Notes under the pieces: model-generated
The model's database searches: none
What the model was told of the DNA's origin: nothing
The model's input: the letters and a program-made list of their open reading frames with translations, nothing else
Part shown: one piece after another, positions 11,901 through 24,151 of the stretch
Layout of the letters: each line of letters opens with the position of its first letter
Position numbering within the stretch: position 1 is the first letter of the stretch
Position numbers and translations under genes: made by a program
Assembly (NCBI GenBank): GCA_036172245.1
Contig: JAYWIR010000026.1
Span: 2,356,001 to 2,420,000, forward strand
DNA: 64,000 bases
Source: Raillietiella orientalis
Taxonomy: Eukaryota
Direction of reading: 5' to 3'

Positions 11901-14900
11901 AGATGAGCAAGAGTGATGACGTCGAGGACGTGTCTCTAACGCTCTTCTCTCCCTGAAAGACGATCGGTAAACCCCGGGCGGGGACGGAGGGTCACTCAGT
12001 CCTCTGAGCGGTGATCTCGAGAGCCCCTTCTCCACCCCCATCTGTTGATCAAGGCCATCCTTGGAGGAGAAGGGGGAAAGGGAGAGAAATGTCTGCGCTC
12101 CTTTCCCCTTTTGAGGCCGAAAGGGAAGGCGGAAATGAAGGAGGACAGGTACCCCTCGACTCGGGGCTGGAAGAGGAGTCCTGCCGACTACCGACTTCGT
12201 CGGCCTGGGACTCTGCCCGCGCACGCGGCCTGAAATGTTCCCAGGAGGTCCTGGGGAAGGGGGAAGGGAAAAAATGTAGCTTTGTCTATCCTCCCCCTCC
12301 CGCCTCCTCCCGCGCCCCTCCTCCCCTACAACCTCCCTTGCGCCGCCCCGTGCAGCACCGCAGCCGGCGGGGGCCGAGACGGCCGGAACTTCTTGCGGGA
12401 AGATCGGTGAAGATCTTCTCCGGCAGGAAGAAGGGAGTAGGGAGTTGCGATCACGCCCACCCCTTCCCCTCGGGAGGTGCCTTGATAGGAGGGCAGCGCG
12501 AGAAGGACGCGCGGTCCTCCGCCGGAGAACGCGCGCGCAAGGCCGCCCGCCAGAAGGCTCCGATCGATGATCGTCGTGCGCCGATCGGGACGGCGGGCTC
12601 TGCGCCGCCGCCGGGCGCGCAGACTCGCGGCGCCAGGAGGCTGTGAAGGCGGCGCGGAGGACGGGACGAGGAGGAAGACGCCAGCGGGCGGCGGCGCTGT
12701 TGCAGCCGGGCCAGGGCGGCTGTTTCGAGGACCGGCAGCGGCGAGATGAGCGCCTTCCTCAGTTCCCTCCGGGGTCTGTCCGCCCGGGGCCGCGACCACG
12801 GTAGGCGGGCAGCGTAGACGGCGGCATGGGGCTCCCCTACTGGACGCGCGCTTGCACTCGGAAGGCCTGCCAGATGGGGAGGGAAGGGGTGCTGGCGAAG
12901 AGGGAGGAGGGAGAGCGAGGACAGTGTCTCTTTCTTCTCCCTGCCCCCTCCTCTCCGGGTCACCAGGGTCTTCTAGAGGAGGGGGGAATGGGGTGGGGGA
13001 AACTCGAGGTCCGCTGGCTACAGACCGACCCCTGTCGCTATGGAGGGAGAAGGCAGCGGAGGATGGGATGGGGAGCGTCCCCTTCCCTTTCCCTTTCTCT
13101 CACTCCCCCTCAAGGGTTCCGCGAACGAGAAGGGAGCGTCGGGGCGCCCACCAGCCCCTCCTCCTGCCCCTTGCTGTGTAACCGGCGCGCTTCGAGGTCA
13201 CCGCCAAAAGCGCAAGAGCCGCAGGTGGAGGGGAGAAGGCCTGCGCGCCTTGCGGAAGAAGGGGGGCTCTGGGGAAACGAGGGGGTGATGGAAAGTCTGA
13301 ATGAAGAAGGGCCTGAGACCCCCTCCCTTCTCCCCGGGGGCCGTCTTCGGACGCTGGATCTCGCGAGGTCGGGTCGCATGGAAGGGCTATCCCTCCCCCT
13401 CTGACCCGAAGGTGCTTCCAGGTGAGGACACGCGCATCCGCTTCAGTCTGGAGCCGCTGGCGGGGGACACGGGGTTCGCGCAATGGCGCGATGCCATGAA
13501 GATGGTGGTCAGGCTGCCCGGAGGCGTTCCCCACCATTTCCGCAAGAAGGTGCGTATCCCACTCCCCGACCCCGCGTTCCTCCGGGAGAGCCTTCCATCT
13601 CGCGACGGGAGTAGCTCCCTCCCACGCGGCCCCGGTAGGTGGGCGGAAACGAACGCCAGTGTCGAAGGGGATGGGGCAGGTGCAGGGACAACTGCCCACC
13701 CCCTTCCACTCCCACGGGGCAGGAGACCGTTCAGGAAGGAGGGCTCTTGCTCCACGAGGCAAGCCTAGGATCCATCTCTCCGCATCAGCGCGCCTCCGCT
13801 TCCCCTCCCCGGGAAGGGGGAGCGGCAGAAAGAGTACTGGCGCGCCCTCTTCCTCGCCCCCTCCATAGCCCCCCGAGCGAACCTCCCCCGTCTGCTTCCC
13901 TCAGCTGTGGCTCACCCTGGCGGAGCAGCACCTGACCTCCCGGAGGGTGGAGTGGCCGAAGGTGGAGAAGATCTGCTTCAACGAGTGGAGCAACCCGGAG
14001 GACGAGGACCTCGGCGTGCAGATCGTGAAGGTGAGGGGAGGTTCCCTTCCCTTTAGCGCGCTCCCCTTCCCACCCCTGAACGAGAGGGGGCGCCCACTCC
14101 CCCTCTTTCCAGAATCTCTCCGCGGCGCCTCTCTCCTCGTGGCTCCCGGGCCGTCAGTCCCGGGGTTGGGCCCCACCTGAGGGTTTTCGCAGACGCCCTT
14201 TCCGACCTCGGAGTCTCCTGAGGGCCTTCCGGTCCGCGACGGGGGTGAAGGGGGTAGGGGGACGGAGGAAGAACAACAAAGGAAATCGGGGAAGGGGGAG
14301 CTTTCGAGGGTGTCGAACGGAAGACTTTGGTTTCGGGGTGGGACAGGCAGCAGATGGGAAGCGGGTGGACCCATCTCCTGCGCTGGATTTATCCCTCCCA
14401 AAACGGCGATCTACAGTCGTCATGGGGGAGTTGTCCCATCCCTCCTCTCGGGGGAGATGGTCGAGGATCCCCTGTGGGTCGCGGCGGCGAGGAGCGTCGG
14501 TGGGGTCAGGCATCGATGTGAGGCAGCCTGCAGGCGGGGAAGGACGGGGGGATGGCGGGGCTGTGTCCCGTCCTGCTGAGTCCTCCTCCCTCTTTTCTGG
14601 AGGGAAAAACCCGCATAGCCCTCCCCCTCTCCTCCGTGTGGGCGAAAGAGGGAAGGGTCTTGGAAGGGGCGCGCGCCTCCCTCCGTCCCTCCCTCCGCTG
14701 TTCTTCCCGCCCACCCCTGCAGGACCTCCACCGCACTGGCTGCAGCACCTTCTGCGGAGCGGACGCCGGCTACAACCAGGCGCTCCTGAAGAGGGTCCTC
14801 CTGGCGTACGCGCGCTGGAACAAGCAGATCGGGTACTGCCAGGGATTCAACATGTTGGCGGCGCTCATCCTGGAGGTCGTCGACAAGAAGGAGTCGGACG

Positions 14901-17900
14901 CCCTGAAGGTGGGTGCACGGGGGCAGGGGGCAGGGGTGGAGAAACTCGGCCTTCCCGGCCAAGAAGGGGGGAAACTTCTCTTGGAAGGAGGGGAGGCAGG
15001 CTTGCTGCCGCCACCGCTGCGCTTCGCACGCGCGCGCTGCGAGCTTCCGGCGGTCGGTGCTGCTCTCGCGGCTCCAGACGCCGCGCGGACGTTTGAGGAA
15101 AGCGGACAGGAGGGGCGGGTCCACACCGAAGGAGAGTGCACAGAGGGAGAAGCAAAAGCACCCTGCGAGCAGGGGGGAAGTCAAGCGGCCTGCCCGAGGA
15201 CCGGGAGGGGGTGGACCGTCCGGCCCGTCCCGACTTTCCTCTCCATGAAAACCAGCCGGTGAGGGGCCGCACAGGGAGTCAGTCACGCGCGGGGCTGCTC
15301 ACCCTTCCGCCCCCCCTTCCTACCTTCCTCCTCTTCCCCCCCCTTCGTCGTATTCTTCCCCGGACTCCAAGTGACTCTTTCCTCCTTCCCCGCTCCACCC
15401 TCTTCCGAGTCTTTTCAGACGTTCGGGCGTTCATCTGCGCCATATTCTCCGGGTGAAGCAGGGAAACTCCCCCGCTCCCTCGCAGGTCCACTATCTTTCC
15501 CCTTTTGTCTGTTCTTGTGGAGCGCAGGACGAGTGAGCGACGGGGAGAGGCCGCGCGCGGGGGAGACCGACAGCGTTCGCTCGCTTGCAAAGTTGCCCAG
15601 CCCAGCAGGGAATGAGTCGACCGCTTCCTTCCTGAGACCCGCCCTTTCTGGGATGGCCGTGGGCCCAGGAGGAAGAGGGGTTGGCAGAGAGAAACCAGCC
15701 CGTCTCCTGCCCTTCCCCGGAGGCGACCCCTTCACCCCTTCCTCTTGGAGGAAAGAGGAGAGAGGGTGCCCCCTGCGAGCATCCCACGAGAGTCCTGCTC
15801 GCGTCCCGATTCCCCCGGGAATCCTGGCGCCATCGGCGGTGTTGCCTCCTCCAGACGAGGGGTCAAGTGACAGGTGCCTCATCCCCTCCTTCACCCCTTT
15901 CAGATCATGATCTTCCTGATAGAGGGCCTGCTGCCCGAAGGGTACTTCACACTGAGCCTGCGCGGCCTCTCCATGGACATGGCCGTCTTCCGGGATCTCC
16001 TCCGGTCCAGACTGCCCAGCCTCTCGAGGCACCTGGAGCACCTCCAGGAGAACGCAAAGGAATCCTCCTCCGGTGAGAGGCCCCGTCCCTCCTTCACCTC
16101 CCTGCGGGAAGTGGGCGCCCACGCCCTATTGAGGGCCAACGGGGAAGGCAGCGCCGTCCTGACTGCCCCCCGGGAGGAAGGGGGAAGCGCCAGACCTCTG
16201 TTCCTCGGAGGACGCGCTCTCGACCTCAATCTCTCCCTCCCTCCGTGACAATTCATCCCTCCGCACAGGCTGTGCGGGCCGGCCGTCTGACCCGGCGAAT
16301 TCGACGGAGGTCGGAGAGCACAAAGAGAAAGGAAATGAGGGAAGACCAAGGGTCCTCCAGGCGCCTACTGAAGGGTTGCTTCCAGGAAGAGGTGGGAGGG
16401 GTGCCTCAGAGAGCAAGGCGGCGCAAAAGGGGAGGGGTTCGAGAGTCGAGACCTCCGTGAAGCATTTCTAAGGGATTCGCGTCTCTCCTGGATGCGCTCC
16501 TCCCTTCCAGCGAGCGCTGTAACCGCTGGGTGCGCTCATCCACCCTGCGGTCCCCATTTTCCAGCGGCGTTCTGCAGACGGTAGTCCATCCGCCCCTAAG
16601 GGGTTAGCCCTTCCGTGCCCTCGTGGGCCTGTGCATCGGACGCCCTTCCTTACATTCCTGGAGGACGGGGGGAGAGTAGGGAAGTGCTTGGTGATGGAGG
16701 AAGAGTGACTTTGTGTTGGGACCGTGAGGTCAGTGATCTCCCACTCGGCTGTGGCTAGAGACAAGCCGGTCCCCCACCCCCAACCTCATCCCTCTCCGAA
16801 TTCAACCCCGGCATCCCTGAGAAACAGAAGTCTAGCTGGAAGATTGACTGGTTAGACTGCAACTGGGGACGAATGGGCACAGAGTCCCCATGACGTCATG
16901 GACCACCCTTGGCTGGCGGGAAAGTCAAACAGGAGGTGCGCGCGTAGATAGCGGGCTCACCGAAGCCACCGCCACTGCTCTTGAGAGGATCGGGAGCAAG
17001 AGACCCCATTCGCCCAGTCCCGAAGAAGCTGGGGCGGCTGGTTGCAGATCGGTGGGAGGAGACTCGGGAGACTCGCAGTCTGTTTCAACGGTGGAGGCAA
17101 TCCCGGTTTCCCGTTCCATTTCCCCGGATCCCTACAGAGCGAGATACGGGCGGGTACTCCGGTCTCGGAGTGTTTGAGAGGCGAAACGGAACGGATCCTC
17201 GAGGTGCGCTCTCCCCGGTATGCACCTCCCATCCTTTCGAGCCTGAGGCGCAACCCCTGGATCACCCCCTCGATCACCTGTGGCCCCTCGGAGGTATAAG
17301 GGAAAAGCAAAATATCGCCACGTGCACAGATATATACGATTTGTATGAACCAAAAAAAAATAAGTCTTGAATCACACATATAATCTGTAAATACAGCCGC
17401 ATGTATAATGCGTTCTTCCCGCACTCCCCCCGCCCGCCCCTCCCGCCGGCGCACACACACACACACACAAATTGGATTCCGAATATCAGTTCCGTGTGCA
17501 GGGAAGAACAGCCACTTCCTGGTTCCATGCTATGTATGGCACTCCTGCAAGGCGCTTCTGCATGCCCACTCACGTGGCACGCTGGGCCCTCCCCTTTTTA
17601 TCGTCCGGAATCGCCAAATTGTGAAGATTTGCCATTTGGAACTTCTCAAAACTTCACAACGCGGGGCTTCGACGTCGCTAGCACTACAGCGTTCCGAGTT
17701 GCCACGGCATTGTTGCCACGGCAACTCGGAACGTCAACCTTGTCGGCGCAACAATGCGGAGCGTTGGCATCGTTCCCATGGCAGACATTGCTAAGCAGCG
17801 TCGACGCCAGTTGCACACACGAGTTGATGCTGCGGCTTTCTGCGAGTGCATATACGTACTCGAGCACATAAACGTAGTTGTCACGCGTACACGTATTCAT

Positions 17901-20900
17901 GATTTGGACATCCTTCGTTCTTCTGCACAGACGCCAACGGCCTGAAAACTGTTGCTGGACTTGACCACTCAAAGACCGAAGCATCGTCGCGTTTCTGAAT
18001 TCCTTTCGTTCGGTTGAACGCCCCTGCGCTCTCTCGCCTTCTACGACCTTTGAACTGACTGGCAAGAATCGGACTTTCATGACGTTGGACCAGCGGACGA
18101 ATCGAATAGCCAGGTCGAGCGTGATGCATGCAAGAAATTAAGGAAAGAGGAAGATGTGATAAGGGGACAGAGAGGACAAAGGGGTTTGTTTCTTCCCGAG
18201 GAGAGACTTTGAGAAGCAAGCGACGGAGAATCGGGTGCTCCGTCTGGTCAGCAGGCAGGACTTGCGGGGGGCAGACCCTCTCGCAAGCCCTGCCTACCGA
18301 CCTGACGGAGCTCTGGACGACCAGGAAGAAGGATGACTGAAGGCTGTGCCAACGTGAGCGAGAGAAGTTGAGCAAGCGCGAAAGGCACGTGATGCCCCCG
18401 GGAGCGAGATCACTGGCTCCGCCTCGCCAGGCTGTGGGGGGTTGGAGTCCCTGAACAGCCTGACTCGGATGCCCGAAGAAAACTCGCGATCCTCTGAGGC
18501 GTATGCACTTCTAGAATCGTCCTTCGGGAGCGCGTGAGAGTCTCGGTCGCCTCTGGAAAGGAGGCGAAGGTCCATCTTGAGTTCAGAGTGCGCGAGCGCG
18601 CTTTGATGTGGGAGCCGCCATTCTGCCAGGAAGAAGGAAACGAAAAAGGAGGGGGACGTCTCTCTTCACCCCTACTGCCACCGAGAAGGAAGACCCGTCC
18701 TTGGAGTGGATGAGGATGGAGACGTCGGCGCCCTCGCAAGACGTGCCGAGAGGAGGGCCAGCCTCCTTGGCATGCATGCATCCGCCATCTCTCCAGAGCC
18801 CTCGGAAGGAAGATCCACGAACCTGCGTCGTGTTCTTTGGCAGGATCGAAGGGATTCGATCTGGACTGCGACGGCGCTCCTCCAGATCTCGGGAAGGGAA
18901 CGGACCCTGGAAGGCGTGGGTGAATGGTTTATCCGGTTCATCTTTCCACTGCCACTCCCCTTCTGAGGAAACCATCCATCCCAAGCCGCGTCCAAGGACA
19001 CCGGGGAGGAGACGGACGCAGTGGGAGGGAGGGACAGTCCTTTCAGCAGAGGCGCGACCCGCTCTTCATTTCCCCGGAGAGGAAACGCTCCCCTCCTGCC
19101 CCTCTCCTCCTCCTCCTCCTTCTCCTGCCGAGTGGAGACCGCCACGGGTTCCCGCTTCCTCCAGCAGGGATGAGCTACGAGCCGCCGCTGACCAACGTCT
19201 TCACGATGCAGTGGTTCCTCACTCTCTTCTGCACCTGCCTGCCGCAGCTGACAGTCCTGAGGGTGTGGGACCTTATCTTCCTGGAAGGCAACGAGGTCCT
19301 GCTGAGGACGGCCCTGATCATCTGGGAGGAGCTGTCCGAGTGAGTCCCAGAGTCCCTCCATCTCCTTCCTGAGGAGGACTGGGATGTGGGGGACAGAGGA
19401 GGCTGGGGCTGTCGCTGCCCCTGTTGAAGGGATCTCACTCGTGAGAGATGGGGACTGACCTCCCCCCTCCTCCTCCCTTCCTTCTCCGCCTGTTCTCCTT
19501 TTCTTCGTCCTTTCCGGGAACCAAAAAAAAAAACTCTCCAGGAAGAGAGGAGGCAGGAGCTTCCTTCTTCCCGAAGTCTTTCCCGGCCGATGGTTGCCCC
19601 TCGCCTCTCCCGATGCGAGAGAGCTCATAGGAGGGGCAGCCGGACACCCGCGCCAGCGCCTCCTCCCCTTGCCCACCCGACGAAGCGAGAAATCGCGGCG
19701 CTCCCTCAGGAGAGAAGGGGGGATGGCGTGTAGGCCGCCTTCCCGGTCCTGGTCTACACTCCCGAGAACTCGGCAGCGCATGCTTCCGACCTTCCCGAGC
19801 CGTAAAAGGCAGCAGCTTCCCTTCCCCTCCTCCCCTTTGCACTCCTCTTACAAGTGCTGCCCCGGGAGCCTCGAGGGAGAGGGCTCGCGCTCCGGACGTT
19901 CCCCGGGCTCGCGCTCAGCTGCCTTTCCCTCCGGGCGTCTTCCCAAATTTCTTCCCAGAGCGCTTTCTCCCAAGTAAACTCTGCTGGGGAGAGGGGAAAC
20001 GAGAAGGACCGCCTTGCTTGCCCCGGGTTGCCGGGGCTGCCTTTCCCGGAGCGTGCAGCACCCTCGCGTCGGTAGGAGGAGGAGGAGGAGGATGTGGGAG
20101 GAGGCGTGCGCACCGCCCCCGCCCTTTCTTTACCGCCCGCCCCTGCCGCGGTCACTGAACCGCGTGCTTCCTGTCTCCATTGCTGGCCTCCAGGAGGATC
20201 CAAGGAGTCACCAACGCGGACGAGTTCTACTCCATCATGGAGGTGCTGTCCCGGGAGATGGTCGAGTTCGGCCTGATGGACGCCAACAGGCTGCTCTCGG
20301 TAAGGGCGACCCCACTCCATCCCACTTCGCGCCTCTCTTCCTCCCTCTCCTCCGGGGAGTCCGGAGGTCGGGTCAGAGAGCCCCCTTTCATGTTCTCCGG
20401 CTCCCGAAGGCGCTTCCTCGGTCCCTCCCTGCCCCGACGGAAGATTCCGGGGGCCAGGACAGGGAGAGGGATGCTGCCCTCCCCCACCCCACCCCCCGAG
20501 CTTTTCCGGCAGTGTGTAGAGGGAGAGGGGATGTCCGCCTCGCCCCTTTCTTTCCATCGGGATCTTTCAGATCGAGGGCATAGAGAGGAAGAGGAGGCGG
20601 AGGAGGGTGCCCTCCTGTCCCTTTGCCCCCTCGTCCGGCGTGCCACTCCGTGGAGGAGTCGCAGCGCCCTTCGCGCCGCCCTGCCTGCAGGGATGGGCGC
20701 TTGGGGTGGGGGGTGAGAGGGAAGGGAAGGGAAGGAGATAAAGAATCGTGAGCACACCCGCACGGGGCTCCTCTTTTCCTGCCCTCGGTTCCGCTCCCCC
20801 ATCACGCACCCACCCTCTCCTCGTCCCCTTCCTTCCCCGCAGAAGATCACCCAGATGGCGCCGTTCCCGTACCCGGGGCTCAGCGAGATGCGGGATAGGT

Positions 20901-22094
20901 ACGCCTTCAACATCAGCCCGTGGGTGCGCCCGTCCAGGCGGCCCCCCGGGGCGGGATTTGCGGTGGGACTGCTCTACAGCGACGACGAAGACGACAACGA
21001 GGAGGAGGAGGCGTCCGCGGGGCGCTTCGCCGTGGCCGCGGCCGCCTTCTCCGCCTTCGCCGCGCTGCGCGGAGGAGGTGGAGGAGGAGGTGGAGCAGGA
21101 GCAGGAGGAGCAGGAGGAAACGGAGGAAAAGGTGAAAGTCCCTTCCTGCCCCCGGGCGCACGCGTCACGCCCCACCCAGGAGCAGGCAGCGCCGCCGCCG
21201 CCTACCAGGACCACCGGCTGTCCCTGGACATCTCCTCCCTGAAGAAGCAGTACCTCCGGCTGAGGGAGCGGCAGCGCCAGGCTCGAGTCGTGCTGTCCGG
21301 TGAGAGGCGGGGGGGGGGAGGGAGGAAGGCGGGAGAAGGAGGGACCGTCCTCAGCGAGCCTATCCAAGGACGCCGCTCCCGAGGACGCTGGCGCGGAGGC
21401 CATCAACCATTTGATGCTGCGCAAGAAGCTCCCTACCGCCCCGGGGGGCACGTCGAAGGTCCCACGCTCCAGGCGCGAGGAGCGCATCAGGGGCGCTTCC
21501 GGAGTCATCACGCCGGCGTTTCCGACCCCAGGTTAGCTCTCGTCCCTACTCCGCCTCCCTTTCCCTCTCTCCTTCCCAGCAGGGCGCGTCCCGTGCAGGA
21601 GTCCCCTCAACCTCCTGAGGGAAGGGGAGGAGACTTCCCCTTCCGAGACTCCTCTTCCCTGCTCCGGGGCGAGAGGGGCTGGAAGGACGAAAGTGGGGAG
21701 CCTCCCTGCCAACTCCGAGGCGCCGCCGGACCCGCGCGGCCGGCGCTCTACCGACGCCTGCAGGCACGCCGCGCAGGTCATCCGCGAGAACGACCACATC
21801 CTAGAGAGGCTGCACGGGAGGCTGCCCTCCGGAGGATCGGTCCGCTCCCCTTCTTCCCCCCTGGCGTCCGAGAGAGGCAACACCGCCGCAGAGGAGGAGT
21901 GCGAGGAAGAGTGCGCGGAGGACCTGACGTCGGCGGCAGCCATCCGAAGAAGCGGCGGCAGCGGCATGCTTCCCGCGGGGACCTACCGGGAAGTGACCCG
22001 ACCCATCACTTTCCACCCCTTTCCGCGAAGACTCTACACCGAGCCCAAGCCCGTCCCCCTAAGGCTAGGACTCTACCACGCTGGAGACAAGTAG
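8965..22094 (+). CDS. TBC1D30: TBC1 domain family member 30 (Rab GTPase-activating protein), about 802 aa, 11 coding exons
   Basis: Exons 8965-9175, 10751-10915, 13422-13549, 13905-14030, 14723-14908, 15904-16072, 19168-19339, 20194-20299, 20843-21299, 21355-21531, 21583-22094. All are GT-AG with consistent phases (2409 nt). Peptides include IVKDLHRTGCS (R-finger), GYCQGFNMLAALIL (Q-finger), YEPPLTNVFTMQWFLTLF, MAPFPYPGL, LDISSLKKQY, AINHLML and C-terminal FHPFP..LGLY, all characteristic of TBC1D30. The start codon is least certain because an acceptor precedes it at 8963. Confidence 0.93.
9193..9760. repeat. Right arm of the inverted repeat, in TBC1D30 intron; carries about 100 bp extra (approx. 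9227-9329) relative to the left arm
   Basis: Direct comparison: 9661-9760 is the reverse complement of about 6943-7042, and 9193-9226 is the reverse complement of about 7373-7406. Confidence 0.93.
12746..12800 (+). CDS. TBC1D30: Candidate alternative first coding exon of TBC1D30 (MSAFLSSLRGLSARGRDH-G)
   Basis: ATG at 12746, 55 nt to a G|gtaggc donor, phase 1, compatible with the exon at 13422. It follows a very CpG-dense stretch (about 12500-12740). Confidence 0.45.
16888..16901. promoter_or_regulatory. Perfect 14-bp palindrome CCATGACGTCATGG containing a full CRE (TGACGTCA), TBC1D30 intron 6
   Basis: Seen in sequence; function is inferred only from the motif. Confidence 0.3.
17690..17733. 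promoter_or_regulatory. 14-bp-stem inverted repeat containing an RFX X-box-like motif (GTTGCCACGGCAAC, 17712-17725)
   Basis: CGTTCCGAGTTGCC ... GGCAACTCGGAACG are exact reverse complements around a 16-nt loop. The motif differs by one base from the palindromic X-box GTTGCCATGGCAAC. Confidence 0.4.
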
Positions 22095-24151
22095 GAGAAA
22101 TGCATTTCTGGGAGGAAGCTGCCTCCGGGGTCTAGTGGGAAGGGAGGGAGACCAGACCCCCCGTCCTCCGGGAACGCGCCCTTATTCTCCCTTGGTCCGG
22201 GGCCGCTTCCCACGACTCTTGGACCGTCGGCGTGGGAATAAGGGAGAGGAAACCTTGTCTAGGATGTCTCAAGGCTTCCTCGAACACTGAAGGAGCACCG
22301 GGGGTCTTGCTGGAGGACGGTATGAAGCTCCTCCTGACCATGCAGCTCTGCGGGAGCTCCTGAAGGATGGGAGGGCAGGTTCGGTCCTAGAGCCGTGACG
22401 CTGGAAGTCTCTTGCCGGCAAGTGGCACGCAACCCTTCCGCAGACATCCTGGTCATGGGTGCATGGGGGGGTGGCAAGCCAGGGACTCCTTACTTGCATG
22501 GCGATGTGCGGATGTCCCTTCCTCAGGGAGGTAAGGCGAACCGCGCCCTCCCTACACTTTTCCTTTCAGCTGCCCCCGTTCCGTTCTACTCCCCGGCAGC
22601 CGCACCCTGCTTGCTGCAAGCCTTTTCGCTGCATATGGTCGAATGGAAGCCCGTTGGCAGTCTTTTTCGCGGAGCTCCAGCATCCGACGCTGCATCTTTT
22701 GATGGAGCGACTCGGGACTTCGTCCAGCAGCAGCAAGAGACGACTTTCTTAGCCCGGCAGAAAGTACCCGATTTTGCTCAACTTGCTGCTTCCGAACTCC
22801 GTCCTGGAAACCGACGGTCTGAGATTGTCTGCGGGTGCAGAGCGGACGAAACCTCCATCCTTTCTACCTGCACAATGGAAACCAGAATAAAAATGCTCTT
22901 CACCTTGCATGCTGTCGGTGTGTTTTTTTTTTGTTTCGGAGCCTTCTTTTTTTTTCTCCCTCTCTCTCTCTCACTCTTGAGACATGCTGTTTGTACGCTG
23001 TACCTTTTAGTACCTTCTTTTTTTATTTTTTTGGATGAGAACAAGGTGTTCGAACCTTCGTTTGTCGTCGTCGATGATGAGAAACCAGTCCCAAATCACG
23101 GTTACTATAGAAAGCAAGAAACGCTTATAATGCATGTCAACCTCTCCAGAAAGGACGGGAGATTCCAGTGAAGCGCATCTGCACTTAGATAAGACAAAGA
23201 AAGGTTTTCATGAATACCGGATTAATCGGAAACTTTCTGGGATTCCCTATTGTTTTCAGCCGAACCATGCTCTGTGAGCAGGATAAGAACTCGGCATTTT
23301 GCTACACCGCTGTCTCGGAAATGCCATTAAACCTCAGAAAAATAGAGTCAAAAAAATAGACCCATCAAATCCTATGCCGATGTTATCTAAATGAAGGAGA
23401 TTGGTTCGTTTCGCAGGCAGGTGGCATGTTCTTCAATTGGGCTCGTGTTTCGAGCCTAAGGTGGCGTGCTCTTCGCTACTTTCGGGAAGCAGCTATCGCA
23501 AGGGATGAAGCCACCCTCAGTTTAACCCCTGTCTCCGAGTTGCGTCTCTGTAACCTGCCATGGATATGTCACGTAGAGTAAACAGTCTCTCGGAAACCTG
23601 CTCAACGTAAACGACAGCATGTGTTGCGGCACCTCTGCAAACACTGATAACGTAACTGTTGGTATGCGAGGGGGAGCAGCGCGATTGCGCAACCCGTTTG
23701 CCGTAGGAAGCCGAGCAGGTGGGGTTCAGGCCGAGCATCGGACGGAGAACGCCCGTAAATATTTACACATCCCACTCGACAGATGCATGCATCTTTCGGC
23801 AGAGCGAGATGTGAAGATGTTTAAAATGAACGCAGTACCCGTGCGCTGAGCACAAAACAGGAACCGTCTCGCGGTGTTTATGTGTCGCGTTTCTCGCGAA
23901 TGGTTGCAATTGCGATTTGCTAGTGCTGTAAAGGTATGTTCATCTTTGGTGTTTCGACGATTCCAGATTAGAACGTGTAGTGGAAATGGACCATCTCGTT
24001 AACACTGATAAAAGGCTCACAGGAGTGAGAAAGCCGTCCTTACTGTGTGGTGCGTCGATATGCCTCCATGATTGCACGCAGTTGCCCCGAACATGTGCAA
24101 AAAACAAAGTGGAAAAAGAGTAACGATGATTTTAGAGACTCCCATTTCAAA

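Noticed and set aside
1540..22900. Many long overlapping ORFs (e.g. 8654-10024, 6274-7257, 18672-19781)
   Set aside because: Pro/Arg/Gly/Ser-rich translations in all six frames reflect stop-codon scarcity in GC-rich DNA. Only the TBC1D30 exon segments have recognisable motifs and splice sites.
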